Shown: positions 24,101 to 36,575 of the stretch, in pieces
Layout: each line of letters opens with the position of its first letter
How positions within the stretch are numbered: position 1 is the stretch's first letter
Origin: Mobula hypostoma
Lineage: Eukaryota
Direction: 5' to 3'
DNA length: 64,000 nt
Assembly (NCBI RefSeq): GCF_963921235.1
Contig: NC_086108.1
Coordinates: 112,284,001-112,348,000 of the forward strand
Position numbers and translations under genes: made by a program
The notes under the pieces: generated by a model
What the model saw: the letters and a program-made list of their open reading frames with translations, nothing else
What the model was told of the DNA's origin: nothing
Databases searched by the model: none

Positions 24101-24269
24101 TAAAGAGACCGCCCCCTTTGCTCCTCCCGTCAGTTCACCTCAGCACACCTGAAGGACAGGTAACCAGCTCTTTTCCTCTTTCCTTATCACTATTTAGTTG
24201 TTTTTTTCACAATATATATAATTTTATATATTTACTGCCACAAAGCAACACATTTCTAGACAGTGATAA

Positions 24270-24870
24270 TAGTTATAGTCATACTTTATTGATTCCCGGG
24301 GAAATTGGTTTTCGTTACAGCTGCACCATAAATAATTAAATAGTAATAAAACCATAAATAGTAATATGTAAATTATGCCAGGAAATGTCCAGGACCAGCC
24401 TATTGGCTCAAGGTGCCTGACCCTCCAAGGCAGGAGTTGTAAAGTTTGATGGCCACAGGCAGGAATGACTTTCAATGACGCTCTGTGTTGCATCTTGGTG
24501 GAATGAGTCTCTGGCTGAATGTACTCCTGTGCCCAACCAGTACGTTATGTAGTGGATGGGAGACATTGTCCAAGATGGCATGCAACTTGGACAGCATCCT
24601 CTTTTCAGACACCACCATCAGAGAGTCCAGTTCCATCCCCACAACATCACTAGCCTTATGAATGAGTTTGTTAATTCTGTTGGTGTCTGCTACCCTCAGC
24701 CTGCTGCCCCACCACACAACAGTAAACATGATAGCACTGGCCACCACAGACTTGTAGAACATCCTCAGCATCGTCCGGCAGATGTTAAAGGACCTCAGTC
24801 TCCTCAGGAAATAGAGACGGCTCTGACCCTTCTTGTAGACAGCCTCAGTGTTCTTTGACCAGTCCAGTTT
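24270..24870 (-). mobile_element. Rex1 LINE 3' fragment
   Basis: ORF 24472..24771 MLRMFYKSVVASAI..RINKLIHKA..ILDNVSHPLH. Confidence 0.85.
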
Positions 24871-25439
24871 AGATAGATAGATATAGATACTTTATTAATC
24901 CCGAGGGAAATTTGGTTTCATTACAGTTGCACCAACCAAGAATAGAGCGTAAACATAACAATACAAAAAACCCCAACAATCAAACAACAAAATGCAAACT
25001 GTGCCAGATGGAAAATAAGTATCCCCAGGTATTTGTAATAAACCTGGCTCTAATTCCTCTAACTTCCAAAAATTATTTTTGTTACTCCAGATTCCAGCAT
25101 CTGCAGTGAGGAAGTTTCAGACCTAAGTGGCCAGCCCCAATATCTTGAGCACATGTGATCTAGACATTTTAGTTTCGAAAACATCCTGTATACATCAACT
25201 CTGTTGAGCCCTTAAGAATTTTATGCTTTTCAACATTACCTTTTCGTGCCCTCCACCATCAGATTTGTGAAAGTCCATCAAGCCATAATTACTACCTGAT
25301 TATTCCCTTTTAAGGTTTTTTTAGGACAAGCTCCCACTATCTAATAAATGGCGTGTGCCTCAATTAGCCACTGACAATCTTTGTCTTTGAAAAGAGTCGG
25401 AAGGTTTTGGAATCAGCTTAGTATTGTGGTGCGTAAAGG

Positions 25440-25830
25440 TATCCACACTAGTGGATGGTCTTAGGGTAATAACTACTCCTGAACCTGGTGATGTGGAACC
25501 CAAGGCTCTTGTACCTTCTGCCCTGTGGTAGCAGTGAGAAGAGAGCATGGCCTGGATGGTCAGATCCTTGATGATCGATATTGCTTTCTTGTGTCAATGC
25601 TCCATTTAAATGTGCTCAATGGTGGGGAGGACTTTACCCATGATGGACTTGGCTGTATCCATTTCTTCTGTTGTCTTTTCTGTTCCTGGGCATTGGTGTC
25701 CATACCCTCCACTGTGCATCTATAGAAGCTCATCAAAGTTTTAGATAGTATGCCGAATCTATGCAAACTTTTAATAAAGTAAAGGTGCTGTCATAGCTTC
25801 TTTGCATTGGAACTTGCATCCTGGTCTCAG
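25440..25830 (-). mobile_element. Rex1 LINE 3' fragment
   Basis: RFGILSKTLMSFYRCTVEG and downstream ALFSLLP-like sequence. Confidence 0.7.
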
Positions 25831-26419
25831 GACAGAACTCAAAGTTCAATGTTTAAAGTACATTTAATATCAGAGTATGCATACCATATACAATTGTGAT
25901 TCATCTTCTTGCAGGTAGCCACAAAACAAAGAAACACAATAGAATTCATGAAAAACCCCACACAACAAAGCCAGTCATACATCCAATTTGTGAAAAAATA
26001 AAGAAAGAATCATTTCATGATATGCTGAGCTATGTCCATAACTCCCTGCAGTTTCTTGCAGTCAAAGTTAGTGCAATTGCAATACTAGCCATGATTCATC
26101 TAGATAGGAAGCTTTCTGTAGTGTATTAATAAAAAATAATGAGCATCTAAAGAGAGATGCCAAATTTCTTTAGCCTCCTAAGGAAGTAGAGACACTGGTG
26201 AGCTTTCTTGGCTATGGCATCAAGGTGGTAAATGCCAACAGTATAACACTGTGCACTCATTCCATAGTTGGAGTTTTGAGACCCACTGCCTATCTTGGTG
26301 AAATATTTTCTATGACTACTTTCGTAAGTCTGACCTCCTAGGTAGGTTACCAATAGCAAATCATTACACAGACCAAGAAGGTTATATGTCACCCACTGAG
26401 GTCCTGCAGAAGATTGTTT

Positions 26420-27050
26420 AGAACATAGAACATTACCGCACAGTACAGGCCCATAACCTTTTAATCCATTCCAAGATCAATTTAACCTTTACGACCTACA
26501 TAACCCTCCATTTTTCTTTTATCCATGTGCATATCCAAGAGTTTATTAAATGTCATTAGTGTATCTATCTCTACCACCCCCCTGGCAAGGTGTTCCATGC
26601 ACCCAATACTTCCTGTGTATAAAACATACTTCTGACACCACCCTATACTTTCCTCCAAATACCTTAAGCTTATGCCCAGTTGTAATAGCCATTTTTGCCC
26701 TAGGGAAACTTTTCTGGCCGTCCACTCGATCTATGCCTTTTATCATCTTGTACACCTCTATCAAGTCACCCCTCAGCTTCTTTCTCTCCAAAGAGAAAAG
26801 CCCTAGCTCACTTAACCTATCCTCATAAGATGTGCTCTCTAGTCCTGCCAGCCTCCTGGACAATCTCCTCTGCACCCTCTCTAAAGCTTCCATGTCCTAT
26901 AATGAGGTGGCCAGAACTGAACACAATATTCCATGTATGGACTAACTAGGGCTTTATAGAGCTGCAACATTACCTTGTGGCTCTTGAGCTCTATCTCTTG
27001 ACTAATGAAGGCCAACACACCATACACCTTCTTAGCAACTTGCACGGCAT
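26420..27050 (-). mobile_element. CR1 LINE 3' fragment
   Basis: ORF 26546..26893 [36 protein letters not shown] tail. Confidence 0.85.
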
Positions 27051-27377
27051 CTTTTAGATTCTAGCATCTTCAGTCCCTTATGTCTCCAAGATTAATGTGT
27101 TTATAATACTGCCATTAAGCCATTTCAAGACATCCTATCATAGATACTTTTTTTGTCCTATACATCCCTTTCTGTCTTTTCTGTCTCGTCTTTGGTGCAT
27201 GTATATCATAATGCATGTGGAAAGACATTACAAAGAATAAACTCAGAAACTACAGGCAAGTTAGTTTAACCTTGTGGTGCAAAATCTGTTTGATATGACA
27301 AAAAACTAATGGGTTGAATTAATTACGTTGAACCAGCACAATTTTGTTAGGAGTAAATCAAGTTTGAATTTTCAGAA

Positions 27378-27570
27378 TGCAAACAACAGGAATTCTGCAG
27401 ATGCTGGAAATTCAAGCAACACACATCAAAGTTGCTGGTGAACGCAGCAGGCCAGGCAGCATCTCTAGGAAGAGGTAGAGTCGACGTTTCAGGCCGAGAC
27501 GTCGACTGTACCTCTTCCTAGAGATGCTGCCTGGCCTGCTGCGTTCACCAGCAACTTTGATGTGTGTTGC
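27378..27570. mobile_element. Near-perfect palindromic mini PLE-terminus insertion with 14-bp direct repeat
   Basis: Arms ~27408-27488 and ~27498-27578 are reverse complements apart from about one mismatch. TTGAATTTTCAGAA at 27364-27377 and 27571-27584. Confidence 0.88.
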
Positions 27571-27714
27571 TTGAATTTTCAGAAGGTGGTTACTAAAGTC
27601 ACCGATTTTGCTACGAAAATTGGAAGACTGGTTACTAATTGAAGCCTATGAAATAAAGTGGCAACATAAATTTTAAAGAAAATCCTTATAACAGAAAGAG
27701 GATTGGGGTAAAAG

Positions 27715-28180
27715 CCCATTTCAGTTTGATTTCCCATTCCCATCCCAACATGGCTGTCCATGGCCTCCTCTACTGTCACATGAGGCCATATTCAAGTCAG
27801 AGGAGCAACTCATCATACTGAGTCTGGGTAACCTCCAACTGAGGGCATGAACATCAATTTTTCCAACTTCTAGTAATTTCTTCCCCCTCCCTCCTTTTTT
27901 CTTCCATCCCCAATCTGGTTATCCTCTCACCCTTTCTCTTTTCCTCACCTGCCCATCACATCCCTCCAGTGCCCCTTCTCCTTCCATTTCTTACATAGCT
28001 GACTGTCTTCTCCTATCAGATTTTTGTGCTTCAACTATTAACCTCTTCCACCTATTACCTCTCAGATTCTCCCTTCCCCCTTCGCTTAGTCTCACCTATC
28101 ACCTGCCAGCCTCTACTCCTCCCTCAACACCACCTCTGTATTCTGGTTTCTCTCTCTTTACTTTCCAGTCCGGATAAAAC
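27715..28180 (+). mobile_element. Degenerate Penelope-like 3' fragment
   Basis: GIY-YIG C-terminal remnant (..HGLL..EEQLII..LGNLQ..GMNI) plus a pyrimidine-rich pLTR. Confidence 0.7.
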
Positions 28181-28395
28181 TATGAGACATATGAGCAAAA
28201 TCAGGAATCCTGGGGTCTGTGATTTTTTTGATCTAACAGGGAAGGAATATTGAATCCCTTACAAGATTCAAAATTCAATGTCACTTCCTGTTCACAACTA
28301 TAATGGAGCATAAAATAATTGTTACTCAGGATCTGATGCAGCTCAAAAAACACAAAACACAATAATAAAAAACAAATATAAATACATAAAATAGC

Positions 28396-28433
28396 TTATA
28401 TATATAGCTTATCTATATATATATATATATATA
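28396..28433. repeat. (AT)n microsatellite in a LINE tail
   Basis: TATATATA runs at 28397-28432. Confidence 0.8.
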
Positions 28434-29859
28434 GATTGATTGTATGTCCGTAAAGTGGTGCTAGGCACAGGAGTGTGTGTACATAAAGTGACTCTGACAG
28501 GAAATGATAAAGTAGTGGTGGTTGGGGGTGTGGAGGGGTGGGTTAGTGGGTAGAGATGTTGATCAGCCTTATAACTTGAGGAAAGTAACTGTTCTTTGAG
28601 TCTGGTGGTCCTGGCGTAGATTCTACGTAGCCTTATCCCTGAAGGCAAAGGAACAAACAGTCCATGAGCAGAGTGGGTGGGATCTTTCATGATGTTACTA
28701 GCCTTTTTCCAGCACCTTTCTGTATATATATCCTTGATGGTGAGTAGGTCATTGTGTGTACAGTTAAGGTAGAAATAAATCTGCTGCTTATCTCTCAGCG
28801 TGTTGTATCTTAAAAAATTCTTAACAATCATCAAGGCAATCAATTATCTTGGTGTCATTGGAGCAAAAAGCTGATAAGGATAAAATTGCTCAGAATGAAG
28901 GCAGTTCTGAGTGGCTGAATCAGATTCAAGCCCTCGGGCACCATTTCTTATGAAAAGGGGTCATTCATCAAAGGCTTCTTTGAGGTACATTGACCACAAA
29001 AACTTTCCTGCAGCTAATCAATTCAACCCAGAAGCTATTTCTGTGGATGTTGTTTTTATGTTGTTTATAAAGGAAGAAATCTTCTTTGAAGAGCTAAATG
29101 ATGTTTCAAGGATTACTGAACTATATTGAAATAAATTCAATATGCAAAACAGTAGTGTCGCAGTTAGAACGACACTATTACATCTCAGGGCATTCTGAAG
29201 TTTGGAGATGAATTCCGATGTCATCTGTAAGGAGTTTGTGTATTCATCCCAGTTGATGCGTGGGTTTCCTCCCACAGTCCAAAGACATACTGGTTAATTC
29301 ATCATTGTAATTTGTCCTGTAATTAGGTTTAATCAGTGGTTTGCTGGGCAGCACAGTTTGTTAGGCTGGAAGGGCCTGTTCCACACTATATCGCTAAATA
29401 AATAAGTTCTCTGAACTAGCTTCTAATATACTGTATCGACTTATGGTATAATTCTGTCATTAAGAACTCCCACCACCCAAGACATGTTCTCTTCTCACTG
29501 CTACCATCAGGGAGGAGGTACAGGGGCCTGTGGACAACACTCAACATTTTAGGTATAGCTTCTTCCCCTCCACCATCAGATTTATGAACGGACAATGAGC
29601 CCATGAACAGTATCTCACTATATGTTTTTTGGTTTTTTTTAACCAGTGATATTAAATCTGTTTCCGATTCTGAACCCAAGTGCACTGGTTCCTGTCAGTG
29701 CCTATTTTTAACTTAGACAATGCTGGGGATTGTACTCCTGGACTTATTTCCCCGAGCTACAATAGAACTAACAGTTCAGTGTTCACTTATTTATAGTGCA
29801 ATAAAATTTGTATTTCTGTGGACTCTTTCACAACTTCAGAACATGCAAATACCATGCAA

Positions 29860-30400
29860 ATGGTATATTGAAGTTGTATAAATGTCGGTGATGCCTAATT
29901 TGGAATATCGTGTGCAGTTTTGTTCACATTCTGACAGGAAATATGTAAATAAGGTTGAAAGAGTATAGAGAAAATTTACAAGGGATTTGCCAGGACTTGA
30001 GCACCTGAGTTATGGGGAGAGGTTGAATAGGATAGGATTTTATTCCCTGGAGCATAGAAGATTGAGGAGAGATTTGATAGAGGTATACAAAATTATGAGG
30101 GGCATAGGTGGGGTAAATGCAAGCAAGCTTGTTCCACTGAGGCTACAACTGGAGGTTATGGGTTAAGTGTGAAAGGGGAAATGTTTAAGAGGAATGTGAG
30201 GGGGTGGTGAGAGCGTGGAACGAGATGCCAGTGCAAGTGGTGGATGCGGGTTTGATTTCAGCATTTAAGAGAAATTTGTATAGGTACATAGATGGGAGGC
30301 ATATGGAGGGCTATGGTCCCGATGGAGGTAAATGGGACTAGGCAGATTAATGGTTCTGCACGGACTAGTTGAGTCATAGGACCTGCTTCATACTCTATAA
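29860..30400 (+). mobile_element. CR1 LINE 3' fragment
   Basis: ..LVMPNLEYRVQF..RLRRDLIEVYKIMRG.. remnants and CR1 3' UTR. Confidence 0.75.
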
Positions 30401-30794
30401 CTATAAATCATGCAAAAATGGAATAAAATAAATGAATAATACCGAGAACATGAGTTAGTGTCCTTGAATGTGAATCTGTAGGTTGTGGAGTAATCTCAGT
30501 GTTAGGATAAGTGAAATGATCTACACTGGTTGGAATAACAATTTGACATAAAGGGCCTGTCTCAGTGCTATAATGTTCTACGACTGTGTACTGATAAGAT
30601 CATAAGATATAGGAACAGATTTAGGCTATTCGGCCTATCAAGTCTGCTCCACCATTTCATTACAGCTGATCTATTATTCCTCTCAACTCCATTCTCTTCT
30701 CCTCTCCCCGTAATTTTTGATGCTCTTACTAATTGTAAAGATACATCTCTACCAAAGGAGGTGCACCTTCCCTCCACTGGCCTGCAATTCACCA

Positions 30795-31100
30795 TTGGAC
30801 AAGGTGTAGCACCTGCTTAGCGCCCCCTCCCCCTGATCAGGGTCACATGAAGCCATGCAAGCAAGTGGTGGATGGTTGTATGAGCCGTTGGTGCATATCC
30901 TAGTTATGCAACTACTGACACCAGCCAGACAACCTCTAAAGAGTATTAATAATGGCTAGGGTAACTCATCTTGTAAAGTCACTGCCCAGAAGAAGGCAAT
31001 GGCAAACCATTTCTGCAGAAAAATTTGCCATGAACAATCATGGTCATTGAGAGACATTATTACCTATATCATAAGACACAGCACATAATGATGATGATGA
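30795..31100 (+). mobile_element. Short retroposon (RTE-like 3' end/SINE) inserted in a CR1 tail
   Basis: GAAGGCAATGGCAAACCA motif typical of RTE-type 3' ends; (TGA)n tail. Confidence 0.45.
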
Positions 31101-31454
31101 CTAATCAAGAACCTATCAACCTCTACCTTAAATATACCCAATGACTTGGCCTCCACAGCCTGCTATGGGATTCCACAGATTCACAATCATCTAGTTAAAG
31201 AAATTCCTCCCCATCTCTGTTTTAAAGGGATGTTCCTCTATTCTGAGGCTGTGCCCTCTGGTCCCAGACTCCCCCACTATAGGAAACACCCTCTTCATGT
31301 GCACGCTATCTATGCAGTTCAATATTTGATAGATTTCAATGAGGTCCCCCCTCATTCTTTCAACTCCCAGGACGTGTGATGAAATTATCTGTGTGGATGC
31401 CATGCAGAGCATTTCGCTGTATCTTGGTACGTATGACAACCAATTCTTTACTCA

Positions 31455-32045
31455 GCAGTATTGAGTTCAAGAGCCATGAGGTAATGTTATGCTATATAAG
31501 GCCTTGGTCAGACCCCACTTGGAGTACAGTGTTCAGTTCTGGTCACCTCACTGCAGGAAGGATGTGGGTAGTATAGAAAGCGTGCAGAGGAGATTTACAA
31601 AGATGTTGCCCGGATTGGAGAGCATGCCTGATGAAAATAGGTTAAGTGAACTTGGTCTTTTCTCCTTGGAATGATGGAGGATGAGAGGTGACCTGATAGA
31701 GGTGTATAAGATGATGAGAGACATTGATCATGTGACTAGCCAGAGGCTTTTTCCCAGGGCTGAAATGGCTAACACAAGGGGCATAGTTTTAAGGTGTTTA
31801 GAAGTAGGTACAAAGGGGATGTCAGAGGTAAGTTTTTCCCACAGACAGTGGTGGGTGTGTGGAAGGCACTGCCAGTGACAGCGGTAGGGGTAAATACAAC
31901 AGGGTCTTTTAAGAGACTCTTAGATAAGTACATGGAGCTTAGAAAAATAGAGGGCTATGCACCAGGGAAATTCTAGGCAGTTTCTAGAGTAGATTGTGGG
32001 CCGAAGGGCCTGTAATGTCTGTAATGTCTATGTTCTATGTTCTAA
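31455..32045 (+). mobile_element. CR1 LINE 3' fragment
   Basis: [37 protein letters not shown] tail. Confidence 0.85.
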
Positions 32046-32289
32046 TGATGAGATAACCTGTTTTTGCAATACAGTATCTGTTAAATTATTGGTTTGTATG
32101 CCAGCTCTCTGGGAGAGATTAAACTCCCCATTATGAAGCAGGCTCTACTATAAATCAGTAACTACCCTTTGGAGTTTACTGGAAGCAAAAGTTCAGGCTT
32201 TACGTTCTTGAGACTATCACAAAGATTTAACTCAGTTCCATTCTTCCATCTCTAGGTAAGTCATGCGTGAAAAATAGCCGATTGATATA

Positions 32290-32550
32290 TTTATTGATTT
32301 ATTGAGATACAGCATGGAATTGGCACTTCGAGCCACGCTGCCCAGCTATCCTCCTAATCATGGGACAATTTACAATGACCGACTAACCGTAGTACATCTT
32401 TGTATTGTGGGAGGAACCCAGACACCCGGAGGAAACCAATGTGGTCACAGGAAGAACGTACAAACTCCTTAGAGGCAGCGGCAGGAATTGAACCCAGCTC
32501 ACCTGTACTGTGTAGTGTTGTGCTAATTACTACACTACCATACCGCCCCA
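32290..32550 (-). mobile_element. V-domain (HE1-like) SINE; similar copies at ~20860-21070, 29150-29405, 39490-39700, 47220-47440, 51230-51565, 60000-60170, 61970-62160, 62175-62590
   Basis: tRNA-like head (GGGTTCAATTCC B box) followed by the V-SINE core GGAGTTTGTACGTTCT..GGTTTCCTCCGGGTG..TTCCTCCCACA. Confidence 0.65.
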
Positions 32551-32820
32551 ATTGAGAAGTGTACCTTTGAGAGAACCACTATAGCAGAACCTAGAAAGAA
32601 AGTGACACATTCAGAAAACATTGGGAGACAGGACACTCTTAAAGAATTAGCAAGAAAATAAAAACATCTAACCAAAAACCCTTTAATTGGATTAGAAATG
32701 CTGTTACATAGTTATGTCATTCACTTTTTTTTTAAGATTAGGTTAGATTTACTTGTCATGTGTATGTCAAAAAAAAAAGTGAAAAGCGTCATCTGGGGCA
32801 GGCCATAGTGTTGCTATGTA

Positions 32821-33824
32821 CAGTGCCTGTCAAAAGTATTCACCCCCCCCACCCCCGGAAGTTTTCATGTTTTCTTATTTTACAACATTGAACCACAGTG
32901 GATTTAATTTGGCTTTTTTGACACTGACTGACTGAAAAAGACTTTTTCGTGTCATAGTAAAAACAAAATTAATTACAATTACAAACCACAAAATAATGAT
33001 GGCATAAGTATTCACCCCCTTCAAGTCAGTATTTTGTAGATGCACCTTTGGCAGCAATTACAGCCTTCAGTCTGTGTGGATCAGCTTTGCACATCTGGAC
33101 ACTGTAATTTTTCCCCATTTTTCTTTACAAAACTGCTCAAGCTCTGCCAGATTGCATGGGAATTGTGACTGAACAACCCTTTTCATGTCCAGCCACAAAT
33201 TCGTAATTGGATGTAGGTCTGGACTCTGACTTGGCCACTCCAGCACATTAACTTTGTTGTTTTTAAGCCATTCCTGTGTAGCTTTGGCTTTATGCTTGGG
33301 GTCCATTGTCATGCTGGAAAACAAATCTTCTCCTAAGTTGCAGTTCTCTAGCAGACTGCATCAGGTTTTCCTCTAGAATTTCACTGTGCTTTGCTGCATT
33401 CGTTTTACCCTTTACCTTCACGGACCTTCTAGGGCCTGCAGCAGTGAAGCATCGCCAGAGCATGATGCAGCCACCACTGTGCTTCACGGGAGGGTTAGAG
33501 TATTTACTACAATCAATTGAAATACCTTGACTACACACAGGTCTCCAAAAACAGATCTCCATTTAACTAATTATATGACTTCTAAAGCCAATTGGCTGCA
33601 CCAGTGATGATTTGGTGTGTCACTTTAATGGGGTGGGGGAGACGTGAATACTTAGGCAATCAATTATTTTGTGCTTTATATTTGTTTCTACCCACTTTGA
33701 CAAGAAAGTTTTCTTTCTGTTGAGCAGTGTCAAAAAAGTCAAATTAAATCCACTGTGATTCAATGATATAAAACAATAAAACATGAAATCCTCCAAGTGG
33801 GGCGAATACTTTTTATAGTGACTG
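32821..33824 (-). mobile_element. Tc1-family DNA transposon, internally deleted, IR/DR-type TIRs, TA TSD
   Basis: TA|CAGTG...ACTG|TA ends; ~200-bp inverted repeats with repeated AAGTATTCACCCC sites; transposase C-terminus VKHSGG.IMLW, FQHDN, WPSQSPDLHPI. Confidence 0.92.
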
Positions 33825-33997
33825 TATCATAGCATATCCACAACTTACTATATCTAACCCTACGCCTTTGGACTCTGGGAAGAAACCAAAACAACCAGTG
33901 GATATCCACATGGTCACTGGAAGAATGCCTTGCATACAGTGGTGGGAATCAAATGAAACTCCAATCTGTGAACGCTGGCACTGTGAATTGATTGTGC

Positions 33998-36500
33998 TAA
34001 TACAGAGGAGCAGATTGGGAGGCAGATTTTGGAAAGGTGCAAAAATAACAGGGTTGTTATCATGGGTGACTTTAACTTCCCTAATATTGATTGGCACCTG
34101 ATTAGTTCCAAGGGTTTAGATGGGGCAGAATTTGTTAAGTGTGTCCAGGATGGATTCCTGTCACAGTATGTGGACAGGCCGACCAGAGGCAATGCCATAC
34201 TAGATCTAGTACTAGGTAATGAACCGGGTCAGGTCACAGATCTCTCAGTGGGTGAGCATCTGGGGGACAGTGACCACCGCTCCCTGACCTTTATAATTAT
34301 CATGGAAAAGGATAGAATCAAAGAGGACAGGAAAATTTTTAATTGGGGAAGGGCAAATTATGAGGCTATAAGGCTAGAACTTGCGGGTGTGAATTGGGAT
34401 GATGTTTTTGCAGGGAAATGTACTATGGACATGTGGTCGATGTTTAGAGATCTCTTGCGGGATGTAAGGGATAAATTTGTCCCGGTGAGGAAGATAAGGG
34501 ATGGTAGGGTGAAGGAACCATGGGTGACAAGTGAGGTGGAAAATCTAGTCAGGAGGAAGAAGGCAGCATACATGAGGTTTAGGAAGCAAGGATCAGCTGG
34601 GTCTATTGAGGAATTATAGGGTAGCAAGAAAGGAGCTGAAGAAGGGGCTGAGAAGAGCAAGAAGGGGGCATGAGAAGCCCTTGGCAAGTAGGGTAAAGGA
34701 AAACCCCAAGGCATTCTTCAATTATGTGAAAAAAAAATAGGATGACAGGAGTGAAGGTAGGACCGATTAGAGATAAAGGTGGGAAGATGTGCCTGGAGGC
34801 TGTGGAAGTGAGCGAGATCCTCAATGAATACTTCTCTTCGGTATTCACCAATGAGAGAGAACTTGATGATGGTGAGGACAATATGAGTGAGGTTGATGTT
34901 CTGGAGCATGCTGATATTAAGGGAGAGGAGGTGTTGGAGTTGTTAAAATACGTTAGGACAGATAAGTCCCCAAGGGCCTAACGGAATATTCCCCAGGCTG
35001 CTCCATAAGGTGAGAGAAGAGATTGCTGAGCCTCTGGCTAGGATCTTTATGTCCTCGTTGTCCACGGGAATGGTACCGGAGGATTGGAGGGAGGCGAATG
35101 TTGTTCCCTTGTTCAAAAAAGGTAGTAGGGATAGTCCGGGTAATTATAGATCAGTGAGCCTTACGTCTGTGGTGGGAAAGCTATTGGAAAAGATCCTTAG
35201 AGATAGGATCTATAGGCCTGATCATGGTCTGATCAGGGACAGTCAGCATGGCTTTGTGAAGGGCAGATGGTGTCTAACAAGCCTGATAGAGTTCTTTGAG
35301 GAGGTGACCAGGCATATAGATGAGGGTAGTGCGGTGGATGTGATCTATATGGATTTTAGTAAGGCATTTGACAAAGTTCCACACGGTAGGCTTATTCAGA
35401 AAGTTAGAAGGCATTGGATCCAGGGAAGTTTGGCCAGGTGGATTCAGAATTGGCTTGCCTGCAGAAGGCAGAGGGTGGTGGTGGAGGGAGTACATTCAGA
35501 TTGGAGGATTGTGACTAGTGGTGTCCCACAAGGATCTGTTCTGGGACCTCTACCTTTCGTGATTTTTATTAACGACCTGGATGTGGGGGTAGAAGGGTGG
35601 GTTGGCAAGTTTGCAGACGACACAAAGGTTGGTGGTGTTGTAGATAGTGTAGACGATTGTCAAAGATTGCAGAGAGACATTGATAGGATGCAGAAGTGGG
35701 CTGAGAAGTGGCAGATGGAATTCAACCCAGAGAAGTGTGAGGTGGTACATTTTGGAAGGACAAACTCCAAGGCAGAGTACAAAATAAATGGCAGGATACT
35801 TGGTAATGTGGAGGAGCAGAGGGATCTCGGGGTACATGTCCACAGATCCCTGAAAGTTGCCTCACAGGTGGATAGGGTAGTTAAGAAAGCGTATGGGGTG
35901 TTAGCTTTCATAAGTCAAGGGATAGAGTTTAAGAGTCGCGATGTAATGATGCAGCTCTATAAAACTCTGGTTAGGCCACACTTGGAGTATTGTGCCCAGT
36001 TCTGGTCATCTCACTATAGGAAGGATGTGGAAGCATTGGAAAGGGTACAGAGGAGATTTACCAGGATGCTGCCTGGTTTAGAAAGTATGCATTATGATCA
36101 GAGATTAAGGGAGCTAGGGCTTTACTCTTTGGAGAGAAGGAGGATGAGAAGAGACATGATAGAGGTGTACAAGATAATAAGAGGAATAGATAGAGTGGAT
36201 AGCCAGCGCCTCTTCCCCAGGGCACCACTGCTCAATACAAGAGGACATGGCTTTAAGGTAAGGGGTGGGAAGTTCAAGGGGGATATTAGAGGAAGGTTTT
36301 TTACTCAGAGAGTGTTTGGTGCGTGGAATGCACTGCCTGAGTCAGTGGTGGAGGCAGATACACTAGTGAAGTTTAAGAGACTACTAGACAGGTATATGGA
36401 GGAATCTAAGGTGGGGGCTTATATGGGAGGCAGGGTTTGAGGGTCGGCACAACATTGTGGGCCGAAGGGCCTGTACTGTGCTGTACTATTCTATGTTCTA
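33998..36500 (+). mobile_element. Young 5'-truncated CR1 LINE (EN C-terminal half + RT)
   Basis: EN motifs GDFNFPNIDW, LDLVL, SDH (ORF 34029..34619); RT ORF; intact 3' UTR ending CTATGTTCTA; inserted in a SINE. Confidence 0.95.
35010..36440 (+). pseudogene. CR1 ORF2 reverse-transcriptase segment, open for 476 codons but disconnected from the upstream EN by frameshifts/stops
   Basis: QHGF, DFSKAFD, GVPQGSVLGP, FADD, DLGV motifs. Confidence 0.9.
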
Positions 36501-36575
36501 ACCGCTAACCTACTGTGCCGGGCCGTGCCGCCTTAGCATCTTGGTGGTACAGTATTCCAGCGAGCTTAGTGTTCT

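Larger units (their letters stand above)
22640..24140. promoter_or_regulatory. CpG island spanning SYDE2 exon 1 and promoter
   Basis: Only long GC-rich, CpG-dense, TE-free stretch in an otherwise CpG-depleted window. Confidence 0.85.

Noticed and set aside
27378..27570. Canonical miRNA gene
   Set aside because: The hairpin is a TE-derived, near-perfect palindrome repeated in the window; it cannot be called a miRNA without small-RNA data.
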